From Chiloscyllium plagiosum (Eukaryota), in the NCBI RefSeq assembly GCF_004010195.1, contig NC_057719.1:749417-813416 (forward strand): a stretch of DNA of 64,000 bases, in the 5' to 3' direction. Below are positions 25,226 to 37,320 of the stretch, piece after piece. Position 1 is the stretch's first letter, and each line of letters opens with the position of its first letter. The position numbers and the translations under genes were made by a program. A model generated the notes under the pieces. That model saw nothing but the letters and a program-made list of their open reading frames with translations, was not told the DNA's origin and made no database searches.

Positions 25226-26022
25226 CAAAAGTGAAGTCTGCAGATGTTGGAAACTAGAGTCGAGGTTAGAGTGGTGCTGGAAAAGCACAGCAGGTCAGGC
25301 AGCATCCGAGGAGCAGAGCGCTTTAGGGAACATCTCCAGGACACCCGCACCAATCAACCCCACTGCCCCGTGGCCCAACATTTCAACTCCCCCTCCCACT
25401 CTGCCGAGGACATGGAGGTCCTGAGCCTCCTTCACCGCCGCTCCNNNNNNNNNNNNNNNNNNNNNNNNNNNNNNNNNNNNNNNNNNNNNNNNNNNNNNNN
25501 NNNNNNNNNNNNNNNNNNNNNNNNNNNNNNNNNNNNNNNNNNNNNNNNNNNNNNNNNNNNNNNNNNNNNNNNNNNNNNNNNNNNNNNNNNNNNNNNNNNN
25601 NNNNNNNNNNNNNNNNNNNNNNNNNNNNNNNNNNNNNNNNNNNNNNNNNNNNNNNNNNNNNNNNNNNNNNNNNNNNNNNNNNNNNNNNNNNNNNNNNNNN
25701 NNNNNNNNNNNNNNNNNNNNNNNNNNNNNNNNNNNNNNNNNNNNNNNNNNNNNNNNNNNNNNNNNNNNNNNNNNNNNNNNNNNNNNNNNNNNNNNNNNNN
25801 NNNNNNNNNNNNNNNNNNNNNNNNNNNNNNNNNNNNNNNNNNNNNNNNNNNNNNNNNNNNNNNNNNNNNNNNNNNNNNNNNNNNNNNNNNNNNNNNNNNN
25901 NNNNNNNNNNNNNNTCTTTGCTACCATCTCCCCAGCGCCCCCACCCCCCCATTTATCTCTCCCGGAGCCTCCCTGCCTCCATTACTGATGAAAGGCTTTT
26001 GGCCGAAACGTTGATTCTTTCT
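25226..26022 (+). mobile_element. Penelope-like element: inverted terminal piece, GIY-YIG C-terminal part, gap, then hammerhead
   Basis: ERFREHLQD...PVAQHFNSPSHS; 25226-25315 is the inverted terminal-repeat sequence; flanking cccaatgg at 25218-25225 and 26023-26030. Confidence 0.8.
25985..26012 (+). ncRNA. Minimal hammerhead ribozyme motif
   Basis: CUGAUGA-AA-GGC-UUUUG-GCC-GAAA-CGUU. Confidence 0.65.
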
Positions 26023-26111
26023 CCCAATGGGTCCATCTTCACCTCTCACGCCGCTACCCCCCGTCCCGACCCCTGTCCTCAACGTAAATCACCACCTTTT
26101 CCCAAATACAA

Positions 26112-26220
26112 TCAGTTCTGAGAAAGGGTGATTGGATCCTAAACATTAACTCTGCTTTCTCTCCACCGATGCTGCCAGACCTTCTGAGTTTTTCCAGCAA
26201 TTTTGGTCTCAGTTTCAGAA
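26112..26220 (+). mobile_element. Older Penelope-derived repeat (second family) with a decayed hammerhead
   Basis: ttaactctgctttctctccac-gatgctgccagac is shared with ~23120-23200 and 51330-51390. Confidence 0.55.
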
Positions 26221-26669
26221 TTTATCTATTTTCATTTGCAGGATGTGGGGGTTGCTGGTTGGTTTCAGTATTTATTGCCCCGTCCCTAGTTGCCCCTTGA
26301 GGGGATGAGGGTGATCCTCAGAATCTGGGGTTCTTCATTTTATTTTAGCTTTGTGAAAGCTCAGCGCAACTGCCCTGTTTCAGCGAGTCCTCTGTTGATG
26401 AAAGCTATGACCCTGCGTGCTTTATTATTCACTCTCTCCTTACGTCTGGTCGTCTTCAAAGCCCCGGCTCCCCCAATCCCCATCTACTCTCTAGAACTAA
26501 GTCATTAAAATCTACATCGCCTCCCTTCACCTTTTCTACTCCACACTTGACAGAATTCAGAGAATGATTGCGGTGCAGAATGAGGTTGTTTGGCCCATCA
26601 TGCCTTTACTAGCCCTATCCCCCTTGTGCCAATCTCCCACTTTCCCCCCATATCCCTGAGACACCATTT

Positions 26670-26810
26670 CTAGCCAATCCAATTGAACGAGCAGGGGGGG
26701 GTGTGCAGTGGTGCTGAATGACACCTGCAGATGGCGCTGCCTGTCCAGGCCACAGAGTGGGAGTGGACAGGGAGTGAGTAAATAGACTGGGAGCTGAGAG
26801 CCCTTCCCAC
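26670..26810 (+). promoter_or_regulatory. Putative Pol II promoter: CCAAT (26672-26679), CTCF-like site (26721-26739), TATA-like TAAATAG (26779-26785)
   Basis: Motifs are in the expected order upstream of a GA-rich leader and a Kozak ATG. Confidence 0.55.
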
Positions 26811-27046
26811 AACGCTGGCACTTTGCACCGACAGCTCTCCCTGTCTGTCTCCGTGTGTGTGAGAGAGAGAGACACAGAGAGAGAGAGTGTAACCAGCTCA
26901 CACCGCAGCCCCGAGCCCCGAGCCCCAGGGAACAACCCCTGAGACACAGACTGAGAGTCACAGAGACAGAGAGGCAGCAGCCGCAGAGTGTGAATGCGAG
27001 AGGTCAGCAGTGAGACGCTGAGTTTAACACAACTTTCACCTGGACC

Positions 27047-27075
27047 ATGGACCGGGAGGAGCTGCTGAAGAGACG
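27047..27075 (+). CDS. First coding exon of an unidentified host gene (MDREELLKR-R, phase-2 intron)
   Basis: ggACCATGG strong Kozak; GC3-rich codons; ACG|GTGAGT consensus donor at 27076-27081; non-repetitive context. Confidence 0.7.
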
Positions 27076-27959
27076 GTGAGTACCTGACAACAGCCTGCCC
27101 CTGTCCACACTCTGTCTCTGGGTTCTCTCTTTCTCCCCTCTTCCCCCCCCCTCCTTGTCCCTTTCCCCTCCCCTCTCTATCTGTCTCCCTCTNNNNNNNN
27201 NNNNNNNNNNNNNNNNNNNNNNNNNNNNNNNNNNNNNNNNNNNNNNNNNNNNNNNNNNNNNNNNNNNNNNNNNNNNNNNNNNNNNNNNNNNNNNNNNNNN
27301 NNNNNNNNNNNNNNNNNNNNNNNNNNNNNNNNNNNNNNNNNNNNNNNNNNNNNNNNNNNNNNNNNNNNNNNNNNNNNNNNNNNNNNNNNNNNNNNNNNNN
27401 NNNNNNNNNNNNNNNNNNNNNNNNNNNNNNNNNNNNNNNNNNNNNNNNNNNNNNNNNNNNNNNNNNNNNNNNNNNNNNNNNNNNNNNNNNNNNNNNNNNN
27501 NNNNNNNNNNNNNNNNNNNNNNNNNNNNNNNNNNNNNNNNNNNNNNNNNNNNNNNNNNNNNNNNNNNNNNNNNNNNNNNNNNNNNNNNNNNNNNNNNNNN
27601 NNNNNNNNNNNNNNNNNNNNNNNNNNNNNNNNNNNNNNNNNNNNNNNNNNNNNNNNNNNNNNNNNNNNNNNNNNNNNNNNNNNNNNNNNNNNNNNNNNNN
27701 NNNNNNNNNNNNNNNNNNNNNNNNNNNNNNNNNNNNNNNNNNNNNNNNNNNNNNNNNNNNNNNNNNNNNNNNNNNNNNNNNNNNNNNNNNNNNNNNNNNN
27801 NNNNNNNNNNNNNNNNNNNNNNNNNNNNNNNNNNNNNNNNNNNNNNNNNNNNNNNNNNNNNNNNNNNNNNNNNNNNNNNNNNNNNNNNNNNNNNNNNNNN
27901 NNNNNNNNNNNNNNNNNNNNNNNNNNNNNNNNNNNNNNNNNNNNNNNNNNNNNNNNNNN

Positions 27960-28838
27960 TTAATGCCCCACGTCTGGGGGCGTTAATGCCCCATGTCTGG
28001 GGGTGTTAATGCCCCGTGTCGGGGGGGTTAATGCCCCATGTCTGGGGGGGTTAATGCCCAATATCAAGGGGGTTAATGCCCCGTGTCTGCGGGGGTTAAT
28101 GCCCCGTGTCTGGGGGAGTTAATGCCCCGGGTCTGGGGGCATTAAGGCCCCATGTCTGGGGGCGTTAATGCCCCGTGTCGTGGGGGTTAATGCCCCATGT
28201 CTGGGGGGGTACCCCGTGTCTGGGGGGGAGGTTAATGCCCCGTGTCTGGGGCGGTTAATGCCCAATATCAAGGGGGTTAATGCCCCGTGTCTGGGGCGGT
28301 TAATGCCCAATATCAAGGGGGTTAATGCCCCGTGTCTGCGGGGGTTAATGCCCCGTGTCTGGGGGAGTTAATGCCCCGGGTCTGGGGGGCTTAATGCCCC
28401 GTGTCGTGGGGGTTAATGCCCCGTGTCTGCGGGGGTTAATGCCCCGTGTCTGGGGGAGTTAATGCCCCGGGTCTGGGGGCATTAAGGCCCCATGTCTGGG
28501 GGCGTTAATGCCCCGTGTCGTGGGGGTTAATGCCCCATGTCTGGGGGGGTTAATGCCCAATATCAAGGGGGTTAATGCCCCGTGTCTGGGGCGGTTATTG
28601 CCCAATATCAAGGGGGTTAATGCCCCGTGTCGTGGGGGTTAATGCCCCGTGTCATGGGGGTTAATGCCCCGTGTCTGGGGCGGTTATTGCCCAATATCAA
28701 GGGGGTTAATGCCCCGTGTGTGGGGGGGGGTTAATGCCTCGTGTCGTGGGGGTNNNNNNNNNNNNNNNNNNNNNNNNNNNNNNNNNNNNNNNNNNNNNNN
28801 NNNNNNNNNNNGGGGGGTTTAATGCCCGGTGTCGTGGG
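27960..28838. repeat. GC-rich 22-24 bp minisatellite TTAATGCCCCGTGTCTGGGGG(G)
   Basis: Periodic ttaatgccc; second unit type gcccaatatcaagggg; adjacent to and containing gaps. Confidence 0.95.
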
Positions 28839-29696
28839 GGAATGGGGTTTGCTGAGAGAATTCCTGCTGTGTTGTGTTTAATTTGGGATTGGCCTGGACA
28901 CCTCTACGTCCACACTCAATGGGTTCCAGTTCCCTCCGATTCCAGGCTTGGATTTGGAGCCAGGTCTCACTGCCACTTTCAGTTACCCCCTTGAGGGGGC
29001 ACCAAAGGGCTGGCATCTGAGTGCACGCAACCCCCTCCCCCCAGACTCCACCGTGAATGATGACAAGCAATTTGGTCACATCAGGCATCACAGCAGAATG
29101 TGATCCTCACACTTGCCTCTGTTCCACACACACCCTCACTCACCCCTCTCCCTCTCTCCCTCCCCCCCTCTCCTTCTCCTCTGTCTCTCACCCTCTCACA
29201 CAGTCGCTCGCTCATTCATTGTCTTGTACACTCATTCATTCACCCATCCTCATCTCACTCATACTCACTCAGTCTCTGGTCTGCCTCCAGCTCTGTACCA
29301 GTCGGGGGTAATATTCAGAGTGGTGTTTGAAGTTGATCGGGGCTGGAACCTAATAGTTCCCCAATTTTCCCCCGGGGGGGGGGGGCTAGTAAGACAGGTC
29401 GCAAGCCACAAATATCTGATTCTCACTCTGCTGTCATTTTTGATATTGCTGTCAAATGTATTTTCTGTACCAACACTGACCCTCTGCATCCCCAGACAGA
29501 CCCATCCCCACAAACAGCAGGTAATCCCTGTGACAGACTGGCAAGTTTCTGCCATTGGCCCTGTCACCTGTCCAGGTGAGACTCCCCTGAAAGGTGGTCC
29601 CAGTAAAATAACTCCAAACATTTTTGGCTATGTGCTTGCTGATCAAGACATTGTGTTGGTTTTGTGAATATGATCTTGAAGCCTTGGAAATGGACT

Positions 29697-30005
29697 TGTG
29701 TGTTTGTGTGTGTGTCTGTCTCAGTGTGTCTGTGTGCCTCGGTATCTCTATCTGTGTGTCTCAGTACCTTTGTGTGTGTCTGTCTATGTGTCTGTGTGTA
29801 TCTATGTGTCTCAGTATCTGTGTCTGCATGTCTCAACGTGTCTCAGTGTGTCTCAGTATCTCTCTGTGTGTCTGTCTGTGTTTGTGTGTCTCAGTATCTC
29901 TGTCTGTGCGCATCTGTGTGTCTTAGTGTGTCTTAGTATCTCTGTCTCTGTCTGTCTGTGTGTGTCTGAGTGTGTTTGTGTGTGTCTCAGTATCTGTGTG
30001 TGTGT
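29697..30005. repeat. Compound (TG)/(TC) microsatellite with recurring ctcagtatc
   Basis: Direct inspection. Confidence 0.9.
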
Positions 30006-30552
30006 TCCCTTGTTCCTCTGGGTGGTGGTATTACTGAGTATTTGAGAGAGCTGCAGTTTATTGTAACACTGTTAAATCGCCATTAACACTGCATCCTTAC
30101 AGTGCTGTCAAAGTATTGCACGCTCAGTCACCTGTTAGAGTGTTGCTACAAATCCAGCCACAAGCTGTGCTCAAGTAGAGCTTCATTGAGTTTGGAATCT
30201 TTTCTTTGTTTTAAAAAAAACCTCTCTTCTCACTTTCTTTCCTCTGTCTGTGACATGCCACAGAGAGTGCACATACCTCTGTGTCCCCTTCTCCCCTCTG
30301 TCCAGCCTGGCTTTACAAGCACGCCTGCTCTCAGCTGATCTGCTCGAGGGTCAGTAGGAATTGCATTTTAGTATCACCTTTCTCACCCCCAGGATGTCCT
30401 CAAGTATTTGCGGGTGATATATTTTTTAAAGTGTGGTCACTGTTGAAAATATTGGTCAATGAATTTGCACAGAGCAAGCACCACAATCTGTCCTGTGATA
30501 ATCAGAATGCCAGCTTCAGAAATATTGAGAGATGAGAATTGGTCAGGATACT

Positions 30553-30602
30553 GGAGAGAGAGAGAGAGAGAGAGAGACAGAAACAGAAAGAGAGAGAGAG
30601 AG
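30553..30602. repeat. (GA)n microsatellite
   Basis: Direct inspection. Confidence 0.95.
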
Positions 30603-31892
30603 CTCCCTTACCCGTTTATTAAATCCTGGCTGTTTTGCTTCCACCTGCTTGGCATGTAGAAGACAGCACCTCAGAGTGAAACATTCCCTCAGAATTGCAC
30701 CAGAGGGTTGGACTGATGTTCAGATTGAGACTGAGGGAATTTTAGAATTATGCCTCCCACCTGTTTAGCCGCCTCTTTTAAGACCCGAGGATGGAGTCCC
30801 CCTGGACCTGGAGACTTGTCAGATCCCAGCTCCATCAGTTTGCTCAGGCCCACTTCCCCAGTGATTGTAATTTCACCAAGTTCCTCTCTGCTTTTCCAGT
30901 TCCTGATTTACAGCTGTTACTGAGAGCTTCGACAGCGGAAACTCATTGTGCATTTCATCCCCCATTTCCTTATTATCTGCTATTAAACACCAGCTCTCCC
31001 TCCCTATAGGACCAACACTCACTTCACTTACTCATTTCCTAGAAAACCTTTTTAATAAAATAATCCAAGCTAGCTGTGTCTCATTGTCTAATTTATTTTT
31101 CCTCTTGATTAATATTTCAGTCATATTCTGCTGTTCTTTATGCTCATACTAATTGTTTGACCTTCTACTTAACTTTGCATTGTGTGCTTTTTCCTTCAGT
31201 TTGATGCTTTTCCTAATTATTAAAAAATTAACCACAGATGGTGGGTTATACCTTTTAGAATGTGTCTTTATTGTAGGAATACGCTTATTCTGAAATTCCA
31301 CTTGAATGTCTGTCATGGTACCTCTATTGATCTGTCCTCTGGCTCCATATACCAGCTCAATGCAGCTCGCTTGGATTTCCCTCTCTCACAGATGGATGAG
31401 TTTAGGTTTAAAATTTAGTCTTAGACCCACTCTCCTCCCTTTCAAACCGGGTGTAAAATTTGCATCATATTGTGGTTGCTGATAGCCTGTGGGTGTTTTT
31501 ACTCTGAGATCAGTGATTCATCCTGTTCCATTACCCAATGCCAACTCTAATATAAACCTGTTCCCTGAAGGTTCCAAAACGTGCTGCTTAAAGAATGCTT
31601 TTGAGAGTTTCTATCAACTCCTCATCCAGCTTCTTATTCCCAATCTGGTTTTCCAGTCTATATGTAGATTAAAGTCACCCATGATTATTGCCATCTGTTT
31701 ATCACCAACACTTCACCATTCTCCTCTTCCACTTTCCTTCAGGCTGTGGTTACTGTTAGAGATCTGAGACTCCCAATAGTCGTTTACTCACCCTACTGAC
31801 CCTCCCAACCCAATTCTACATCTCCATCTCCTGAACAAATGTCATTTCTGACTGTTGCATGATTACTGGTGCTTTTCCTCCATCTATTTTTA

Positions 31893-32237
31893 AAATTAGA
31901 ACCCCTACAGTGTGGAAACAGGCCCTTCAGCCCAACCAGTCCACACTGACTCTCCGAAGAGTAACCCACCCAGACCCATTCCCCTACCCTATATTTGCCC
32001 CCGACTAATGCACCTAACCTACACATCCCTGAACGCTATGAGCAATTTAGCATGGTCAGTCCACCTGACCTGCACATCTTTGAGCTGTGGGAGGAAACCG
32101 GAGCACCCGGAGGAAACCCACGCAGACACAGGGTGAATGTGCAAACCCCACACAGACAGTCACCCGAGGGTGGAATCGAACCCGGGTCCCTCCTGCTGTG
32201 AGGCAGCAGTGCTAGCCACTGAGCCACCGTACTGCCC
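31893..32237 (-). mobile_element. HE1-type V-SINE
   Basis: Reverse complement of the HE1 head, V-domain and tail. Confidence 0.88.
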
Positions 32238-32249
32238 TTTTCGAAAAGA

Positions 32250-33450
32250 ACATCAGAACTAGAGGCAGGAGGAGTCCATTCAGCCCCTTGAGCCTGCTCT
32301 GTCATCTGATATGATCATGGCTGATCTCAACTCCACTTTCCTGCCCACTTTCTATAACCCTTTCACCCGTTACACATCAAAAAGCTGTGCATCTCCTCCT
32401 TAAATTTACTCGATGGCCCGGCATCCACCGCACTCTCGGTTAGAGAATTCCACAAATCTTTGAAGCAAATAATTTCTCCTCATCTCGGATTTCCCTCTGC
32501 TCCTCTTTATCCATATCTATGACCTCTTGTTCTAGATTGCCTCTTGAGGAACCATCCTCTCTATCTCTACTACTTTGTCAACCTGTTTTAGCATCTTCTA
32601 TCCCTCCATTAGATTTCTCTCATTCTTCTAAACTCCAGAGAGTATTGGCCTAAATTGCTCAACCGCTCTTCACAAGACAAGCCCCTCATCTCTGCAACCA
32701 ATCTGGTGAACAGTCTCCGATATAAAGATGCCACTAGGTAGCAGTGATCATAATATGGTTGAACTTTACATCCTGTCATCTAGTCCCTTCCTTTTCCCCG
32801 ACTCACTGTCACAACTTCCTGTCCCTCCCCAGGTAAGGGAGTAGGAGGCGGCCATTCGGCCCTTTGAGCATTCTCTACCATTCAATAAGATCCTGGCTGA
32901 TCATCCAACTCAATAGTCTGTTCCTGCTTTCTCCTATAACCTTTGACCCTAACTGCTATATCTAATTCCTTCCTGAAAACATTCAATGTTTTGGCCTCAA
33001 CCATTTTCTATAACAGAGATCTCCCCAGGCTCCCCACTCTCTCTGGGAGAAGACAGTTCTCCTCATCTCAGTCCGAAATGGGTCCTTAGACTATGACCCC
33101 CTTAGTCATTGCGAATATCCTTCCTGTGATTACCCTGTCTAATCCTTGTAGAATTTTATAAGTTTCTATAACCTTGCCCCAACTCCCTCATTCTTCTAAA
33201 CTTCTATAATACCATTCCAACCGATCCGAAATCCCTTCATACGTCAGCCCTGCCATCCCAGGGATCAGTCTGGGAAACCTTCGCTGCACTCCCACCATCA
33301 CCAGAACATCCTTCCTCAGATAAGGAGACCAGAACTACAAGAGCCCTGCACAGTTGCAGTAAGATACCGTGCTCCTTGTACCATTTACCTCCTTCACTGT
33401 CTGCTGCACCTACACGGCCACCTTCAGTGACTGGTGCGCAAGGACACCCA
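32250..33450 (-). mobile_element. Two older CR1 3' fragments
   Basis: Both start with the ggccattc(a/g)gccc tail and continue into cattcttctaaactcc (EFRRM on the minus strand). Confidence 0.7.
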
Positions 33451-35414
33451 GGTCTACTTGTGTTGTGGCCAACGACCACCAGACCCTTTCCAACCCACAG
33501 CAAGTTCCTGTCCAGGTCTGAGGCCTGGCATTGGGCAGACAAGCCCTTGGTTTGATCTCTCTGGTTACTCTTTACTGAGGAAAACAGTGTCAGCCCTTCT
33601 CAGCGTGCTATCCCATAACTTTGGTCCTACGGGATTCCTCGTTACATATACCACAGTGCAAAGCCAGTTTGTATATGCATGCCCTGGCACCAATCTCACC
33701 CAGTCAGCCTGAGAACCCCCCAGCCCTGCTGGACACCTGCAGACCGGCATGCCAATAATCACCGAAAAATGGAAACTGAGAAATCCCATTGGTTATAGCA
33801 GCTTGGATGGGGAGTGGATTGAATGCATTTGAGAGTTTACGCAAGCAACACATTCTAGAGCAGACTTGGTAATGTCAGGGATCTCTGAGGAAACGTGTCC
33901 CGAGGCAGTAGTGATCATAACGTGGTTAAAGTTTACAGCCTGGTTTCTGGGTTCCCTTGTCTCCACCCACAGTCACTGCCTCCTGCCCTCGAACCAATCA
34001 GAAGGGCCTACTGTAAGTGAGGTGGCTGCCTGTTGGTACAAAGTATCAAGGCAGCTATTACCCCGCCTCTAATATGTCACAGTGTCAAGGGTTCAGCGTC
34101 CACCTCAAAGTCTGAGCCAAAGCTGTTCAAGGGCAGCGAGGGACGGGTAATAAATCCTGTCCACCCGGCGTCACTCACACCTCAGGGTGACCTGAAGAAA
34201 AGATGCTTCCTGCACGTGTGTGTGTCTTGGTATCCAGGGACTCCCACATGCTGCAGCTTTGACGCATCACTCTTCCGACCACCCCCCCCCCACCGACACT
34301 GACCCCTCCCCCTCNNNNNNNNNNNNNNNNNNNNNNNNNNNNNNNNNNNNNNNNNNNNNNNNNNNNNNNNNNNNNNNNNNNNNNNNNNNNNNNNNNNNNN
34401 NNNNNNNNNNNNNNNNNNNNNNNNNNNNNNNNNNNNNNNNNNNNNNNNNNNNNNNNNNNNNNNNNNNNNNNNNNNNNNNNNNNNNNNNNNNNNNNNNNNN
34501 NNNNNNNNNNNNNNNNNNNNNNNNNNNNNNNNNNNNNNNNNNNNNNNNNNNNNNNNNNNNNNNNNNNNNNNNNNNNNNNNNNNNNNNNNNNNNNNNNNNN
34601 NNNNNNNNNNNNNNNNNNNNNNNNNNNNNNNNNNNNNNNNNNNNNNNNNNNNNNNNNNNNNNNNNNNNNNNNNNNNNNNNNNNNNNNNNNNNNNNNNNNN
34701 NNNNNNNNNNNNNNNNNNNNNNNNNNNNNNNNNNNNNNNNNNNNNNNNNNNNNNNNNNNNNNNNNNNNNNNNNNNNNNNNNNNNNNNNNNNNNNNNNNNN
34801 NNNNNNNNNNNNNNNNNNNNNNNNNNNNNNNNNNNNNNNNNNNNNNNNNNNNNNNNNNNNNNNNNNNNNNNNNNNNNNNNNNNNNNNNNNNNNNNNNNNN
34901 NNNNNNNNNNNNNNNNNNNNNNNNNNNNNNNNNNNNNNNNNNNNNNNNNNNNNNNNNNNNNNNNNNNNNNNNNNNNNNNNNNNNNNNNNNNNNNNNNNNN
35001 NNNNNNNNNNNNNNNNNNNNNNNNNNNNNNNNNNNNNNNNNNNNNNNNNNNNNNNNNNNNNNNNNNNNNNNNNNNNNNNNNNNNNNNNNNNNNNNNNNNN
35101 NNNNNNNNNNNNNNNNNNNNNNNNNNNNNNNNNNNNNNNNNNNNNNNNNNNNNNNNNNNNNNNNNNNNNNNNNNNNNNNNNNNNNNNNNNNNNNCCCCCT
35201 CCCCCTCTCACCGACACTGACCCTCACAGGGTCCCTCCCTCCCCCCCACCCCGGTGGAAACGAGCTTCACCGGTGTATAACCAAATGCAGCACCAATGAA
35301 GCCGAGTGAAGATATTTGGACAGGTCACCAAGAGCCTGAGGGAAGGTTTAAGCAGGTCATTGAGGTGGTAATAACAAAGACTGGAGATCATGGAGGGACA
35401 CGTCAGCTAACGTC

Positions 35415-35545
35415 ACCTCTGATGGAGAGTCATCTGGCCTCGAAATGTTAGCTTGCTTTCTCTCTCTCCATGGATACTGTCTGACCCGCTGTGATCTCCA
35501 GCATTTGTTGTTTTCAGTACAGATTCCAGCATCTGCAGTAACTTG
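35415..35545 (+). mobile_element. Old Penelope-derived repeat with a decayed hammerhead (35419-35449)
   Basis: CTGATGG-A-GAG...CTC-GAAATGTT followed by the family tail ccagcatctgcag. Confidence 0.5.
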
Positions 35546-36274
35546 CAGGTCGAGAGGTGGTCAGTGTTGTGTTAGCTGCTGGGACTGAGCAGGGGTGTCA
35601 TTTTCCTCTGTTGGTGTCTGATGAGGGGGATAAGTTAACCATCACTGTGTCAGGTAGTGCCGTGGCATTCCACATGCCGGTTATCCCAAGAGGAAAATGC
35701 AAAATGAGGAAGGTTTCGGGAGGAATCTCTGGGTGGGGAGGCTGTGCAGTCTGGAATCAGATTCACAGGAACGTGGGCAAGCTTGCTGAATTCCCAAAAA
35801 GGGAGGGTCAATTTATCCTGGGGCTCTGCAGCCTGTGTAAGGAGGGAAAATACCCTGTGGCTTGTGTCCCTGGGCACACCGCATGAAGGATTGTGTATTC
35901 AGTGTACTCTTCGACTACTATCCTTTAGCACAGAACACACCAGCTCCTTATAAGCAACATCTGTGCAAATGAAATCGCTATAAATTTATGTTTTTGAGAG
36001 GAAAGAAAACATGCAACAGTGCGGCAGAATTGTATCGTCCTGAGCTGCAGGACATCAGCATCGTGTGAGGTATGTGAATTTTCCTTCCTTTGTGTTGTTG
36101 GAGATTTGTTATGGTTTAAATAACTTAGACGTCAGTCTGTGAGAGACAGAGGGAGGTTTGAGAATCCCACAGACCGAGGGATCCTGGGCACGATGTCAAT
36201 TCAGTGATAGTTCAAGGTGGCCTGGAACATCCTCTCCCTGCCACCACTCATGCTGACTCTTTTTCAACCTAAGA

Positions 36275-37320
36275 AACAGGCGCAGGAGGAGGCCATTCAG
36301 CCCCCATAGACTAACCCATCGTTCAGAGAGTTCATGGCTGATCTGCCCCAGGCTTCAACCCCTTCCTTCCCAGCTCCTCCCAACCCTCAACTCCCCGATA
36401 TTTCAAAGACCTAACTTCCTCATCTTTAAACGCCTTCATTGATCTAGCCTCCAGCACTGTCGGGGGAGGGAATTCCAGATGTTCGTGACCCTCTGGGAGA
36501 AGAGATGCCTTCACTTCTCTGTTTTGAAAGAGGGTCTCCTGATTCTGTAACTCTGCCCCCTCGTCTGAGAATCCACACTTCATCCCCAATCAATGGAAAC
36601 ATCTTCTCAATATCTCCCCTGCCAAGACCCCCCTCAGAATCTTGCATGTTTCAATTTGTTCACACCCCGCCCCCCCCCCCCCCCCCTCACACACTTCTAC
36701 ACTCGAATTAATAAAGGCCCCTTTAGCCATTCTTAATAAGTCAGCGCCTTCATCCCAGTCAGGCTCCTGAGAACTGCCTTCAATTGTCAGTCTCTGCTTT
36801 TTTTAAAGTATGGGACCAGGATCTTTTCCCTGGGGTGGGGGAGTCCAGAACTAGAGGGCATAGGTTTAGGGTGAGAGGGGAAAGATATAAAAGTGACCTA
36901 AGGGGCAACATTTTCACACAGAGGGTGGTATGTGTATGGAATGAGCTGCCAGAGGAAGTGGTGGAGGCTGGTACAATTGCAACATTTAAGAGGCATTTGG
37001 ATGGGTATATGAATAGGAAGGGAATATAGGCCAAGTGCTGGCAAATGGGACTAGATTAGTTTAGGGTATCTGGCCGGCATGGACGAGTTGGACCAAAGGG
37101 TGTGTTTCTGTTCTGTACATCTCTATGACTCTAAAACTGTACACAGTCATCCAGGTGTGACTTTGCCAACACCCTGTACAGTTGAATCAAGGCTTTCCTG
37201 TTTTTAAACTCCAACCCCCTCACTGTAAAGACCAATTCTCCCTGTGCTGCCTCAATTACTTGCTGCACCTGCATGCTAATATTTTGTGCTTCCCGTACAA
37301 GAACACCAAACTCCCTCTGC
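36275..37320 (-). mobile_element. Older CR1 (minus) interrupted by a younger CR1 3' end (36817-37133, plus)
   Basis: The ORF track shows both orientations; the host resumes at 37134 (HLDDCVQF). Confidence 0.8.

Noticed and set aside
29624..30045. Cys/Val-rich ORFs
   Set aside because: Translation of a TG/TC microsatellite.
33461..33646. Possible short solo LTR (minus strand TGTAAC...ACAACA)
   Set aside because: No target-site duplication and no second copy in the window to support it.
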